A DNA stretch of 25,526 bases from a virus (Duplodnaviria; Caudoviricetes), in the IMG/VR virus record IMGVR_UViG_3300044625_000272, positions 1-25,526 of that record; one strand, given 5' to 3'. The notes below the pieces were generated by a model, which was given only the letters and a program-made list of their open reading frames with translations, ran no database searches and had not been told where the DNA came from. Below, piece after piece: positions 1 to 9,130 of the stretch (position 1 is the first letter of the stretch; every line of letters begins with the position of its first letter). A program made the position numbers and the translations under genes.

Positions 1-99
1 ACCACTGCCAATTTAGACCCCCGCCTGGGAACGCAGCAACCCGACGGCGCACCGTGCGAGCCGATGAGTGCGCGCAAGTGGCGGTGGGGGGTGCTGTGA
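1..99 (+). CDS. 3' end of an upstream gene (partial, hypothetical)
   Basis: Frame 1 is open from base 1 to TGA 97-99, which overlaps ATG 99-101 of the next gene (TGATG coupling). Confidence 0.4.
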   Translation, partial: TTANLDPRLGTQQPDGAPCEPMSARKWRWGVL

Positions 100-371
100 T
101 GTCGTGTCACGACTGCATGTTCTTGCTGAGAGATAAGCCGCGTGAGTGGAAGTCACCAGGGCAATGCACGCGCTATCCGACATGGGTTTCGGTCGCTCAC
201 AACCATTTTTGCGGGGAACAACGAGACGCGCAGGCAATCTACGAGAATCGAAATGGCGTGCGCGATGATGTGATGGCCCAAGAGGGGCGGCAGCAAACCC
301 GCGCAATTGCGGCCGAGAAGCTGGTCAAGGAACTGCGCGCTCGGATCAGGGAATTGAAGGCGGCTAAATGA
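99..371 (+). CDS. Small hypothetical protein, Cys/His-rich N-terminus (possible Zn binding) and C-terminal helix
   Basis: MSCHDC...GQCTRYP...HNHFCGE; ATG at 99 chosen from the TGATG overlap (ORF track starts at GTG 54); stop overlaps next start (ATGA 368-371). Confidence 0.65.
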   Translation: MSCHDCMFLLRDKPREWKSPGQCTRYPTWVSVAHNHFCGEQRDAQAIYENRNGVRDDVMAQEGRQQTRAIAAEKLVKELRARIRELKAAK

Positions 372-544
372 CCGACTGGCCAGCCATCATCGCCCGCCTG
401 GAACGCCGCAAGGTCAACATTCGCGCGTTGCTCAATGTTTCACGCGTCACGCTCTGGTACTGGCGAACAGGCCGACGCAAGCCCAATGGCGACCATGCGG
501 TACAAATTATTTTGATGGATAGGGCAAATGCAAACCACTGTTAA
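368..544 (+). CDS. 58-aa Cro-like helix-turn-helix protein (not in ORF track)
   Basis: Manual translation MTDWPAIIARLERRKVNIRALLNVSRVTLWYWRTGRRKPNGDHAVQIILMDRANANHC*; 'LNVSRVTLWYWRTGRRKP' fits the HTH recognition-helix pattern; ATGA coupling. Confidence 0.7.
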   Translation: MTDWPAIIARLERRKVNIRALLNVSRVTLWYWRTGRRKPNGDHAVQIILMDRANANHC

Positions 545-553
545 CGCATACAG

Positions 554-562
554 TGGTATGGT
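554..562 (+). promoter_or_regulatory. Possible extended -10 promoter element upstream of terS
   Basis: TGGTATGGT (TGn + TATGGT) in the only gap before the packaging genes; no convincing -35. Confidence 0.2.
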
Positions 563-607
563 GCGCGGATACCGCATTGCGGGACAACGGGTTATCGTTG
601 AAATAAC

Positions 608-1009
608 GTGCCTGCACCGCTCGGAAATCAGAACGCCAGCAAGGGCCGCATGTTCGCGGACGCGATCAATCGCGCGCTCCAACTGCCGGGGCGGCACGAG
701 CGGCTGAAACGACTTGAGGCCATCGCCGACAAGCTCGTGACGCTGGCCGAGGACGGCGACATCCAAGCCATCCGTGAGGTGGCCGACAGGCTGGACGGTA
801 AGCCTAAGCAGGCGGTAGAGCATGCCGGAGAGGGAGGCGGCTCCATTGGCATTACCACATCCGGCACTATCGACCATCGAGTCCTACCAGCGACTGCAGA
901 ATTCCTTGGCGCACTGCTCAGGGCCGGAGCAGATACACCATCTGCGCAACCTGATGCGGACGGATCTGTACTACCTGCTCCGGTACGGTCTGAGGCGGGC
1001 GGATCTTGA
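608..1009 (+). CDS. terS: Terminase small subunit
   Basis: N-terminal 'PAPLGNQNA' and 'ADRLDGKPKQAVEH' motifs typical of small terminases; directly upstream of and overlapping terL. Confidence 0.8.
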   Translation: MPAPLGNQNASKGRMFADAINRALQLPGRHERLKRLEAIADKLVTLAEDGDIQAIREVADRLDGKPKQAVEHAGEGGGSIGITTSGTIDHRVLPATAEFLGALLRAGADTPSAQPDADGSVLPAPVRSEAGGS

Positions 1010-2369
1010 ACGGCAATGGTTGCTTGACCGATGCCGCGAAGTCCAGGCGCAGCCGAATGGAATGCTCGACCTGTGGGCGCGCGAGCACTACAAGTCCACG
1101 ATCATTACGTTTGCGCTCACTATTCAGAATGTTCTATGCGATCCCGAAATTACGGTCGGGATATTCAGCCACACGAGGCCGAACGCAAAGGGCTTCCTGC
1201 GGCAGATTAAGCGCGAGTTCGAGGGCAACGCGCTCCTTCAGGAGCTATTCCCCGATGTGCTTTGGGCGAATCCATCGAAGGACGCTCCGACGTGGTCAGA
1301 GGACGGCGGTCTCGTCGTCCAGCGCAAGGGCAACCCCAAGGAAGCAACCATCGAGGCGCATGGACTCGTCGATGGACAGCCGACCGGCAAGCACTTTGCG
1401 CTTCTCGTCTACGACGATGTCGTCACGATTGACTCCGTGACGAGCCCCGAGATGATCCACAAGACGACAAACGCGCTCGCACTGTCCTACAACCTTGGGG
1501 CTGATGGTGGGCAGCGTCGGATGATCGGCACGCGCTACGACTACGCGGACACGTACCGCGAGGTGATCGGGCGTGGATCGTTCGAGGTGCGCAAGCATGC
1601 GGTCACGGTGGACGGCACCGAGGACGGTGAGCCGGTGCTGCTGAGTCGGGAGAAGGTCGCCGAGAAGCGGCGCGACATGGGCGCGTATGTGTTCTCGTGT
1701 CAGATGCTGCTCAACCCGAGTGGTGACAAGTCGCGTGAGTTCAAACGTGATTGGCTGCGCTGGTATCAGAGCTCACTCAGCGGCGAGGGCATGAACGTCT
1801 ACATCCTCGTCGATCCGGCAGGCGAGAAGAAGAAAACATCCGACCGCACCGCGATGTGGGTGGTTGGCCTGAACAACGACGGCAACTACTACCTGCTCGA
1901 CTTCCTGTACGACCGGCTGAACCTGACCGAGCGTGCGCGCGAACTCATGCGCCTGCACCGCAAGTGGCGACCGATGCGCGTCGGCTATGAGAAGTATGGC
2001 AAGGATTCCGACATCGAGGCGGTCAAGATCGTCCAGGCGCACGAGAACTATCGCTTCGACATCGTGCCGCTTGGTGGCACGCTCAAGAAAGAGGACCGCA
2101 TCCGACGCCTCGTGCCGTTGTTCGAAGCGGGCAAGGTGTACGCACCTCCGACGATGCATCGCACGCTCTCAGACGGGCGCACGATAGACATCCTTGAGCA
2201 GTTCTTGGTCGAGGAATACGACCGATTCCCCGTAGGCGCGCACGACGACGGTATGGACTGTCTCGCGCGGATCACGGACCCGGACATGAACGCGACGTTC
2301 CCGCTGTTGGACGCGGAGCCGGAGCGGTATAGCAAGCGCAGGACTAACGGCAGCGCATGGGCTGCGTAG
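846..2369 (+). CDS. terL: Terminase large subunit
   Basis: Walker A variant WAREHYKST, Walker B LLVYDD, coupling motif MIGTRY, RNase H-like nuclease ILVDPA...SDRTA...HDDGMD. TTG 846 chosen because GGGAGG (832-837) lies 8 nt upstream; ATG 822 and ATG 954 are alternatives. Confidence 0.93.
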   Translation: MALPHPALSTIESYQRLQNSLAHCSGPEQIHHLRNLMRTDLYYLLRYGLRRADLERQWLLDRCREVQAQPNGMLDLWAREHYKSTIITFALTIQNVLCDPEITVGIFSHTRPNAKGFLRQIKREFEGNALLQELFPDVLWANPSKDAPTWSEDGGLVVQRKGNPKEATIEAHGLVDGQPTGKHFALLVYDDVVTIDSVTSPEMIHKTTNALALSYNLGADGGQRRMIGTRYDYADTYREVIGRGSFEVRKHAVTVDGTEDGEPVLLSREKVAEKRRDMGAYVFSCQMLLNPSGDKSREFKRDWLRWYQSSLSGEGMNVYILVDPAGEKKKTSDRTAMWVVGLNNDGNYYLLDFLYDRLNLTERARELMRLHRKWRPMRVGYEKYGKDSDIEAVKIVQAHENYRFDIVPLGGTLKKEDRIRRLVPLFEAGKVYAPPTMHRTLSDGRTIDILEQFLVEEYDRFPVGAHDDGMDCLARITDPDMNATFPLLDAEPERYSKRRTNGSAWAA

Positions 2370-2378
2370 GAGATCGGA

Positions 2379-2804
2379 ATGGCTAGAGACTTTAAGCGCC
2401 CACTGGATTTTGACGTAGACGCCACGAGCGGATCGCAGCATGTGGCCGAGCAGGGCAACATCACCGGCCTGCGCAACCCGTCGAGCGGGACGAATGCGTA
2501 CCTGCCGGTGCGCCAAGAGTGCAACCTGTCGATCATCAGCAAGACGACGGCGGTAACTATCGGCGGCGGCGCGGTGAGCGACACGCATCTGATGGGGCTG
2601 CTGATCTCGACTGCGCTGACCGGAACGTGTGCCATTACCGGCTTTGCAGACTCGGACGGCGCAGCGCAGACGTATACGCTTCCGGCTGGCACGGTTGGTT
2701 ACCGGGACTTTCTCGGCGCTATCAACAGCGCAGGCGCTTTGACTATTACTTGCAGCAATGCGAGTGATGACAACCTCGTCGCCGTGTTCTGGAGGCCGGT
2801 GTAA
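2379..2804 (+). CDS. Hypothetical beta-rich protein, probable virion component
   Basis: AGGAG RBS before ATG; Gly/Ala/Thr/Ser-rich; TAATG coupling to the next gene. Confidence 0.7.
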   Translation: MARDFKRPLDFDVDATSGSQHVAEQGNITGLRNPSSGTNAYLPVRQECNLSIISKTTAVTIGGGAVSDTHLMGLLISTALTGTCAITGFADSDGAAQTYTLPAGTVGYRDFLGAINSAGALTITCSNASDDNLVAVFWRPV

Positions 2805-4153
2805 TGCCTACCTTTCGGGCATTGAGCGCACCGGCCCGCGAGCCGACTGTGTTTTACGACTATGCGGCCATGACCGCGAGCGGGTACACCATCGCGGATC
2901 AATTTGGAACGGCCACGCGAAAAAGTCAGGCGGCGACTTACCTTGACCGTTCATGTATCCAAATGACCGGCATTGATTCGACGTTACAGTTAAACGTAAC
3001 GAAGACCACGGCTCTTGCGTTGCAGTCAGATGCGGAAGGCGTGTTCGTGTTGCTTGCGTGTTCTGACCCGTTTCTCTTGGAGGCATCGACCGCAACCAGA
3101 GTCTATTGCTATCCAGAAACCTCGCCCGGCAGCAACACCGCAGACACCACGAACTACATATTCGGCGGCATTTGGGCGCAGCAGGAACTAGGCAATGGCT
3201 GGGTGCTGGCCTATGTACCATTTTCCCTGATGACGGTCGCCGGAACCGGAGCGGTCACGGATTTCCGGACGAAGAAACTAAGCCAAGTGGGTATCCGCGT
3301 TACTGTGTCCGGCACTAAGCCGGATGTGTACGTCGGCGGCGTGTGGGTGGGCGGGGCGACCCGTGCGAAGTGTGTGTTGTCCTACGATGGCGCTTACATT
3401 TCGCAAAAGACGCTCGGAAAGGTCGCGCACGATCTGTACGAAATTCCCGGAACACTGTACGTACCTTACTCGGTGATCGACAGCGGCGCTAACTACCTCA
3501 CTTCTGCTGATCTCGATACGTTCTACGCTGCCGGATGGGCCATTGCGGGGCACAGTTATTCAGGCGTTGGGCTTGAGACGCTTGGAGAACAGCAGCAGTT
3601 AGACGAAATCGGGAACTTCCGGCGATGGTCGGTCGGTCGTGGCTATACACGAGGCGATGGGCATTGGGCGTGGGGATATTCTGTCGGGACAGTGAACGCA
3701 ACAGAAAGCGTGCGTGCGATTTGTGATCGAGTTATGCGTGCGTCTGGATTGAAATCAATTCGCGTGGGGTCTGCTGGTAGCGGGCTTTCGCATTTACGAA
3801 GCAATGCGCTTGGATTGGCAATATCAGGTGCAACTGATCCGCAAACAATTTACTCGCCTCAGATCACGAGTGCGTTGACGGTCGCACAGATTCGGGCTTT
3901 CGTGGAGACGGGCATCCGGCACCGCATGCCGATGCATATGTACGCTCATGAGATCGCGGCGAATCAAGGGGCGACGGTAAGCGGATCGGCCACCAATTAC
4001 GTGACGCCGACCATCTACGACCAGACGACGACACCGGGCACGACGCAATCGGTGATTCCTTGGATCCGGTCTCAAATCGAGGCGGGAATGGTGGACTGCG
4101 TGACCGTGGATGACTGGTATACCGGCCTCACGCAGCCGGCGCTGGTGGCATGA
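2804..4153 (+). CDS. Polysaccharide deacetylase (CE4/NodB)-like protein with N-terminal beta-rich domain
   Basis: 'CVLSYDGA' (TFDDG-like motif 1), 'IPGTLYV', 'YLTSADLDTFYAAGWAIAGHSYS' (motif 2 region), C-terminal 'MYAHEI' and 'CVTVDDW'. Confidence 0.72.
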   Translation: MPTFRALSAPAREPTVFYDYAAMTASGYTIADQFGTATRKSQAATYLDRSCIQMTGIDSTLQLNVTKTTALALQSDAEGVFVLLACSDPFLLEASTATRVYCYPETSPGSNTADTTNYIFGGIWAQQELGNGWVLAYVPFSLMTVAGTGAVTDFRTKKLSQVGIRVTVSGTKPDVYVGGVWVGGATRAKCVLSYDGAYISQKTLGKVAHDLYEIPGTLYVPYSVIDSGANYLTSADLDTFYAAGWAIAGHSYSGVGLETLGEQQQLDEIGNFRRWSVGRGYTRGDGHWAWGYSVGTVNATESVRAICDRVMRASGLKSIRVGSAGSGLSHLRSNALGLAISGATDPQTIYSPQITSALTVAQIRAFVETGIRHRMPMHMYAHEIAANQGATVSGSATNYVTPTIYDQTTTPGTTQSVIPWIRSQIEAGMVDCVTVDDWYTGLTQPALVA

Positions 4154-6411
4154 TGCAACAAACATACGACGACCTCGCACAATGGATCAGCACCGCTCTG
4201 CAAGAGGCGAAGAAGCACTCCTCCGTATGGCGAATGCACGCTCGCGAATGGTATGACTTCTACGCCGGGAACCAGTGGGAGGAAGAAGCCAAAGCGCAGA
4301 TGATCGAGCAGCGCAAGGTTCCGGTCGTGTTCAACAGAGTTGCGAGGACGGTGAATGCGGTCATCGGTCTGGAGATCCAGAACCGGCAGCAGGTGCAGTA
4401 CATCCCGCGCGAGCCGGGTGATACGCAGGTGAACGAGCTATACACGAGCGCCGCCGATTGGATCAGGGACAACTGTGACGCAGAGGACGAGGAATCGGAG
4501 TCGTTCCAAGACCTGATGATCTCCGGTATCGGCGGCACCGAGACGCGGATGGATTACGACGAGAATCCAGACGGCCAGCCGGTGATTGAGCGCGTCGATC
4601 CGCTGGAATTGTATTGGGACCCGGTTGCGCGAAAGAAAAACCTGCGCGACCGACGTTGGTGCGCTCGCATCAAGCGCGTGTCAGACGAAGATATCCGCGA
4701 GATGTGGCCGGATTACGTGCCGCCCGAGAAGTCGAGCGAGACGTATCTCGACGAGCAGGACAGCCCGCACGACAGCACGCGCCCGCTCTACAACGACGAC
4801 CAGCCTTCGGCTACGCAGCCCAAGCACCGGGAGTTGGTGTGCTTCCAGTGGTGGGAGCGGGAGCAGTATTACCGATTCCAAGACATCGACGGTCAGATCA
4901 AGAGCATTAGCGAAGAACAAGCGCGCTCCTTGCAAGAGCGCATGACGGCACTCGGCATGCCTATGCCGCAGATGGTGAAGCAGACCAAGAAGGTCTACTA
5001 CAAGGCTTACATGGTCGGCGGCACGGTGCTTGAGTCAATGCCGCTGGAGGTGCAGAGCGGCTTTACGCTACACCTCATCACGGGCGCGCGGGACCGGAAC
5101 AATAACACTTGGTTCGGCCTCGTAGCACTGATGATGGACCCGCAGCGGTGGGCGAACAAGTGGCTGTCGCAGATCATGCACATCCTCAACTCGTCGGCCA
5201 AGGGCGGGTTGATTGCAGAGCGCGATGCGTTCGCAAAGACCGCCGACGCGGAAGCCTCATGGGCTAAGGCCGAGACGATTACCTGGGCGAATCCTGGCGC
5301 GGTCAGTGGCGGCAAGATCCAGCCCAAGCCCACGACCGCAATGCCGGATGGGTTCGCCAAGCTGCTGGACTTCGCGGTGAACAGCATCAACGACGTGCCC
5401 GGCGTGAATATGGAACTCATGGGCCTCGTCGGAACGAATCAGCCCGGCGTGCTGGAAAACATGCGCAAGCAAGCGGGCATGACGATCCTTGCTGTGTTCT
5501 TCGATGCCATCCGCCTGTACCGCAAGGACCAAGGGCGGATCATGATCGAGATCATCCGCGACAAGATCAGCGACGGGCGGCTAATCCGCGTACTCGGCAA
5601 GGACGGGGCGCAATACATCCCGCTCATTCGCGACGAATCGGCGAAGGAGTTCGACGTAGTCGTGGACGAAGCGCCGACCTCGCCGAACAACAAAGAGCGC
5701 GTATTCGCCATGATGACGCAGTTGGCGCCCGTGTTGCAGAACTCGGGAATTCCGCTCACGCCTGACTTGCTGGAGTACAGCCCGCTCCCGGCCGCACTGG
5801 TGCAGAAGTGGCAGCAGTTCATTAAAGAGAACAAGCAAGTCCCGCCTGAGTTGCAAGCGCAGATGATGCAGATGCAGCAAGTGATCCAGGCGACACAGCA
5901 GGACGCGCAAAAGCTCGCACAGGAAAACTTCCGGCTCAAGACAGATGCGAGCGTCGAGGTGTATCGCATCAACGAGCAGAGCAAGGTGGATCGGGAACTG
6001 GCGTCGGTCAAGGCTGAAACGGAGTCTGGTAAGCGTGCCGTCGAGGTGTATGAAGCCAACCTACAGGCGGCGCTGGACCGCATGCAGATGATGGCGAATT
6101 CAGTATCCGAGCAGATGCGCGCGGCATCGCAGGCGGCTGTGCCGCACACGGAGATGGCGATTAAAGGGCTTGGTGAGAGCCTGACGCCTGTGCTGCAACG
6201 GCTCATGGAAGTGTCGGCATCTCAGGTCGAGAGCTTGCAAGGACTCGGGCCTGCGCTTCAGCAGCGGGACGCACAGTTCGCACAGGCCATCGCGGAACTG
6301 GCAGCGGGGCAACAGCGGCTCGCCGAACTTGCGGCAGCTCCGAAGCGCTTGGTGCGCGATGCAAACGGGCGCGCGATTGGGGCTGAGTTGCAGCCTACGA
6401 CCATTCAATAG
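4150..6411 (+). CDS. Portal protein (P22 gp1-like) with long Gln-rich coiled-coil C-terminus
   Basis: 'YDFYAGNQW', 'PVVFNRVARTVNAVIG', 'FGLVALMMDPQRWANK', 'FDVVVDEAPTSP'; 753 aa; follows terL. Confidence 0.93.
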   Translation: MMQQTYDDLAQWISTALQEAKKHSSVWRMHAREWYDFYAGNQWEEEAKAQMIEQRKVPVVFNRVARTVNAVIGLEIQNRQQVQYIPREPGDTQVNELYTSAADWIRDNCDAEDEESESFQDLMISGIGGTETRMDYDENPDGQPVIERVDPLELYWDPVARKKNLRDRRWCARIKRVSDEDIREMWPDYVPPEKSSETYLDEQDSPHDSTRPLYNDDQPSATQPKHRELVCFQWWEREQYYRFQDIDGQIKSISEEQARSLQERMTALGMPMPQMVKQTKKVYYKAYMVGGTVLESMPLEVQSGFTLHLITGARDRNNNTWFGLVALMMDPQRWANKWLSQIMHILNSSAKGGLIAERDAFAKTADAEASWAKAETITWANPGAVSGGKIQPKPTTAMPDGFAKLLDFAVNSINDVPGVNMELMGLVGTNQPGVLENMRKQAGMTILAVFFDAIRLYRKDQGRIMIEIIRDKISDGRLIRVLGKDGAQYIPLIRDESAKEFDVVVDEAPTSPNNKERVFAMMTQLAPVLQNSGIPLTPDLLEYSPLPAALVQKWQQFIKENKQVPPELQAQMMQMQQVIQATQQDAQKLAQENFRLKTDASVEVYRINEQSKVDRELASVKAETESGKRAVEVYEANLQAALDRMQMMANSVSEQMRAASQAAVPHTEMAIKGLGESLTPVLQRLMEVSASQVESLQGLGPALQQRDAQFAQAIAELAAGQQRLAELAAAPKRLVRDANGRAIGAELQPTTIQ

Positions 6412-6418
6412 GTGACCT

Positions 6419-6856
6419 ATGGCAGTGACGATCAGCCTCTACAACCACACCGCAGCAAAGTTCGCTGATGGCAGCTACGCGGTTGGCGATAGCTACGTGA
6501 TCAACCTCTATACCGCGTTCACGTTCGACGCGACCGCCACGACGAAGGCGGGCGCGGAATCGGGCGCAACGCAGGTGTCTACGGCATTCGGCTACACGCA
6601 GAACGCCAAGACGCTGACCGGTGTGACCGTGACGACGGTGACGACGAATGATGCGACCTTCGACGCGGGTGATGTGACGTGGACCGCGAGCGGCGGCAGC
6701 ATCACGGCGAGTCATGCGCTGATCTACAACGACACGGACGCGAATGATCCGCCTGTGGCGTACATCAATCTCGATGGTTCGCAGTCTGCCGGTGACACCA
6801 CGGAGTTCAAGATCATCTGGAATGCGTCCGGTATCGTGACGTTTACCGTCGCCTGA
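6419..6856 (+). CDS. Small beta-rich virion structural protein
   Basis: 'GYTQNAKTL...FDAGDVTWTASGGSITA..ALIYNDT....PVAYINL' pattern common in small phage structural proteins; Thr-rich; AGGT RBS. Confidence 0.72.
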   Translation: MAVTISLYNHTAAKFADGSYAVGDSYVINLYTAFTFDATATTKAGAESGATQVSTAFGYTQNAKTLTGVTVTTVTTNDATFDAGDVTWTASGGSITASHALIYNDTDANDPPVAYINLDGSQSAGDTTEFKIIWNASGIVTFTVA

Positions 6857-7629
6857 TGACGATCCACTTCAAACCCTGCCTAGACGCAGCAGCGCGGCTC
6901 GTCAACATCCGCTCGGCGTTGCTTCGTGGCCTGGACACGCTGCCGGTGCTGCCTGCGCATGGCCGCGAGATGGTGCTGTGCTGCTACGGGCCGAGCTTGG
7001 CGGATACGCTGGAGTCTGCGGCGGGTGACGTGTGGAGCGTGAGCGGCGCGCATGATGTGCTCCTTGAGGCGGGCATTGTGCCTCGCGCGCATGTCGAGTG
7101 TGATCCGAGACCGCACAAGGCCGAGTTTTTGCGCCGTCCGCTCAAGGACTGCACGTACTTCATCGCGTCGTGCTGCGACCCTGCGGTATTCGATGCGCTC
7201 AAGGGTTACGAGGTCGTGCTGTGGCACTCAGACCAGTCCGACGAGGAAGCGGTGTATGTGGCGAGCGTGGACAATGGCGCTGCGCTGGTGCTTGGTGGCA
7301 CCACTGTCGGGACTCGTGCGCTGTCTGTCGGTAGTTGCCTTGGCTACCGCAATTTCCGCGTGCTTGGTATGGATTGCAGTTTTCGTGATCGTCAGCACGC
7401 TGGAGCACATCCTAACGACGATCCGAACGAGATAGAGGTGAGTGTCTACGGGCGGTCGTTCAAGACGACGAAAAACCTCATTCTTCAGATGCAAGACCTT
7501 CTGCGGCATGTGAGCGACACGCAATCGTATCGGTACGTGCTGGAGGGCGACGGGCTGATGCAACACGTGGCCGACAACATCAAGCACTCGCGAGTGAGTG
7601 TGGCGCGTAGAGAGAGGCAGGCAGCATGA
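6856..7629 (+). CDS. Maf/DUF115 (MAF_flag10, MptE-like) family protein, putative glycosyltransferase
   Basis: 'LCCYGPSL', 'AHDVLLEAGIVP..HVECDP', 'GGTTVGTRAL....LGYRNFRVLGMDCSF...HA' match the DUF115/CstII-like pattern (GxGPSL...G[FM]D). Confidence 0.75.
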   Translation: MTIHFKPCLDAAARLVNIRSALLRGLDTLPVLPAHGREMVLCCYGPSLADTLESAAGDVWSVSGAHDVLLEAGIVPRAHVECDPRPHKAEFLRRPLKDCTYFIASCCDPAVFDALKGYEVVLWHSDQSDEEAVYVASVDNGAALVLGGTTVGTRALSVGSCLGYRNFRVLGMDCSFRDRQHAGAHPNDDPNEIEVSVYGRSFKTTKNLILQMQDLLRHVSDTQSYRYVLEGDGLMQHVADNIKHSRVSVARRERQAA

Positions 7630-7994
7630 CATTCCAAGTCGGTGACATCGTGCGCAAGGCAGGAGCCAATGACAACAGCATCACATACTGCGTTCAGGAA
7701 GTGGGCGACGAGTACGGGATCGAGCTAGTTAAGGTGGATGATCCGAGGGCGGATGGCTGGTGGGAACATCAGTTTTGGGAACTTGCGCCGGATGTGCGCG
7801 ACGATGCCAGGACGGCCGAGGCGCAGGAACCGAAGCCGATTGTCGAGCAGGATTCCAAGGAACCGGACCCGGTATTGCTGGCGCTCAATGAGAAGCTGAC
7901 GCTTGCGGCTGCTGCGGTCATCCACGGTGACAAGGACGCGATCAACCTCATCACGGACGCGCTGGTAGACGTTCGGACGGCCATCGAAGCATGA
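7626..7994 (+). CDS. Hypothetical protein with SH3/KOW-like N-terminus
   Basis: 'MTFQVGDIVRK'; acidic linker; ATGA coupling at both ends. Confidence 0.65.
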   Translation: MTFQVGDIVRKAGANDNSITYCVQEVGDEYGIELVKVDDPRADGWWEHQFWELAPDVRDDARTAEAQEPKPIVEQDSKEPDPVLLALNEKLTLAAAAVIHGDKDAINLITDALVDVRTAIEA

Positions 7995-9130
7995 ACATCC
8001 TCCAGGAATTGCAGAAGCTATCGCGCGGGTTGCAACCGAGGACTGCGCCTGTGCCGCTGGTGTGGCCGAGCATTGGCCCAGTGGGTCATCTGTCGTCGGA
8101 CCACGGCGTATACATCAACACGGCGTATCGCAATCCCATCGACTCCATGCTGCGAGATCAGGCCAAGATAGACCTGTTGGCAGCGGATGTGAGCGATGGG
8201 CGATTGCCTGCCGAGGCATTACTGGCCGCATCGAAGCGGGTATCGGACACGACCGATGCTGTGCGAGCGATCAAGCAGATGCAAGGCGCGATTACGTCGT
8301 TCAATGATGTGATCGATGCGCGAGGGAATGGGCAGTATTTCGACTACTTCGGCGTCAAAGCATCGCAGACGACCGTTGCGAATAACTGGTCATCTTTCCT
8401 GCGTACAAACGGCAATCCGACTGCGGCGAGCTACAGCAACATCCCAGGCGGCGGACGCATGACGAGCGCGACGACGGGCGCGGTTCCGATACCGGTGACT
8501 ATCGGCGGCTCGGATCACTTGTACCTGACGAACGCGGCAGCGAACCATGTGACCGGTTCAAACGTCCACATGTACGTGGATGTGCTGGTTTCAGCGGGCA
8601 ACATTTCGGCGACATCGGCCACGTCTCAGAACATCAGCACGACATCGCTCTCTCGCTGGACATCCGGCGAGGGGCTGGCGATGACGCTGGAGGTCACGGC
8701 GGCGCTCGGGGCGACAGCGGCGAATATCACGATCAGCTATACGGACCAAGCCGGGAATACGGCGAACAGTACCGGCGCGATTGCGTTGACGACGAGCGCA
8801 GCGACGGGTCGCCTCGTGCCTGTCCTCGATGGTCCGATGATCCGACTCGCAACCGGCGACTATGGTGTACGCACAATCGAGGGCTGCATCCTGTCGGCGT
8901 CGATGACGGGGTCGGGTGTTATGGCGGCGCTGATCTACAAGCCGCTGGTGGTGTGCCCGACGCTGACGGTTAACCTGTGGAACGAACGCAGCACGCCTGC
9001 GCAATTGTCTGGCATCAAGCAACTGACATCGGCGGTCGGAGGAGAATTGCCATTCGTCGGATCGTTCGTGCTCGCCTCTACAACGAGCACGGGAATAATC
9101 TTGCAGTGGCTGGAGTTCGTTTACTCATGA
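7991..9130 (+). CDS. Putative virion protein, paralog A
   Basis: 379 aa, Thr/Ser/Ala-rich; aligns by eye with the next gene; ATGA coupled. Confidence 0.75.
   Translation: MNILQELQKLSRGLQPRTAPVPLVWPSIGPVGHLSSDHGVYINTAYRNPIDSMLRDQAKIDLLAADVSDGRLPAEALLAASKRVSDTTDAVRAIKQMQGAITSFNDVIDARGNGQYFDYFGVKASQTTVANNWSSFLRTNGNPTAASYSNIPGGGRMTSATTGAVPIPVTIGGSDHLYLTNAAANHVTGSNVHMYVDVLVSAGNISATSATSQNISTTSLSRWTSGEGLAMTLEVTAALGATAANITISYTDQAGNTANSTGAIALTTSAATGRLVPVLDGPMIRLATGDYGVRTIEGCILSASMTGSGVMAALIYKPLVVCPTLTVNLWNERSTPAQLSGIKQLTSAVGGELPFVGSFVLASTTSTGIILQWLEFVYS

Noticed and set aside
5439-6206. 255-aa minus-strand ORF and similar antisense ORFs over portal, terL, nozzle and ejection genes
   Set aside because: Ser/Cys-rich mirror of Gln/Glu-rich sense codons; fully overlapped by well-supported genes.
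8977-9126. N-terminal extension of paralog B in the ORF track
   Set aside because: Overlaps paralog A; paralog alignment and the ATGA overlap place the start at 9127.
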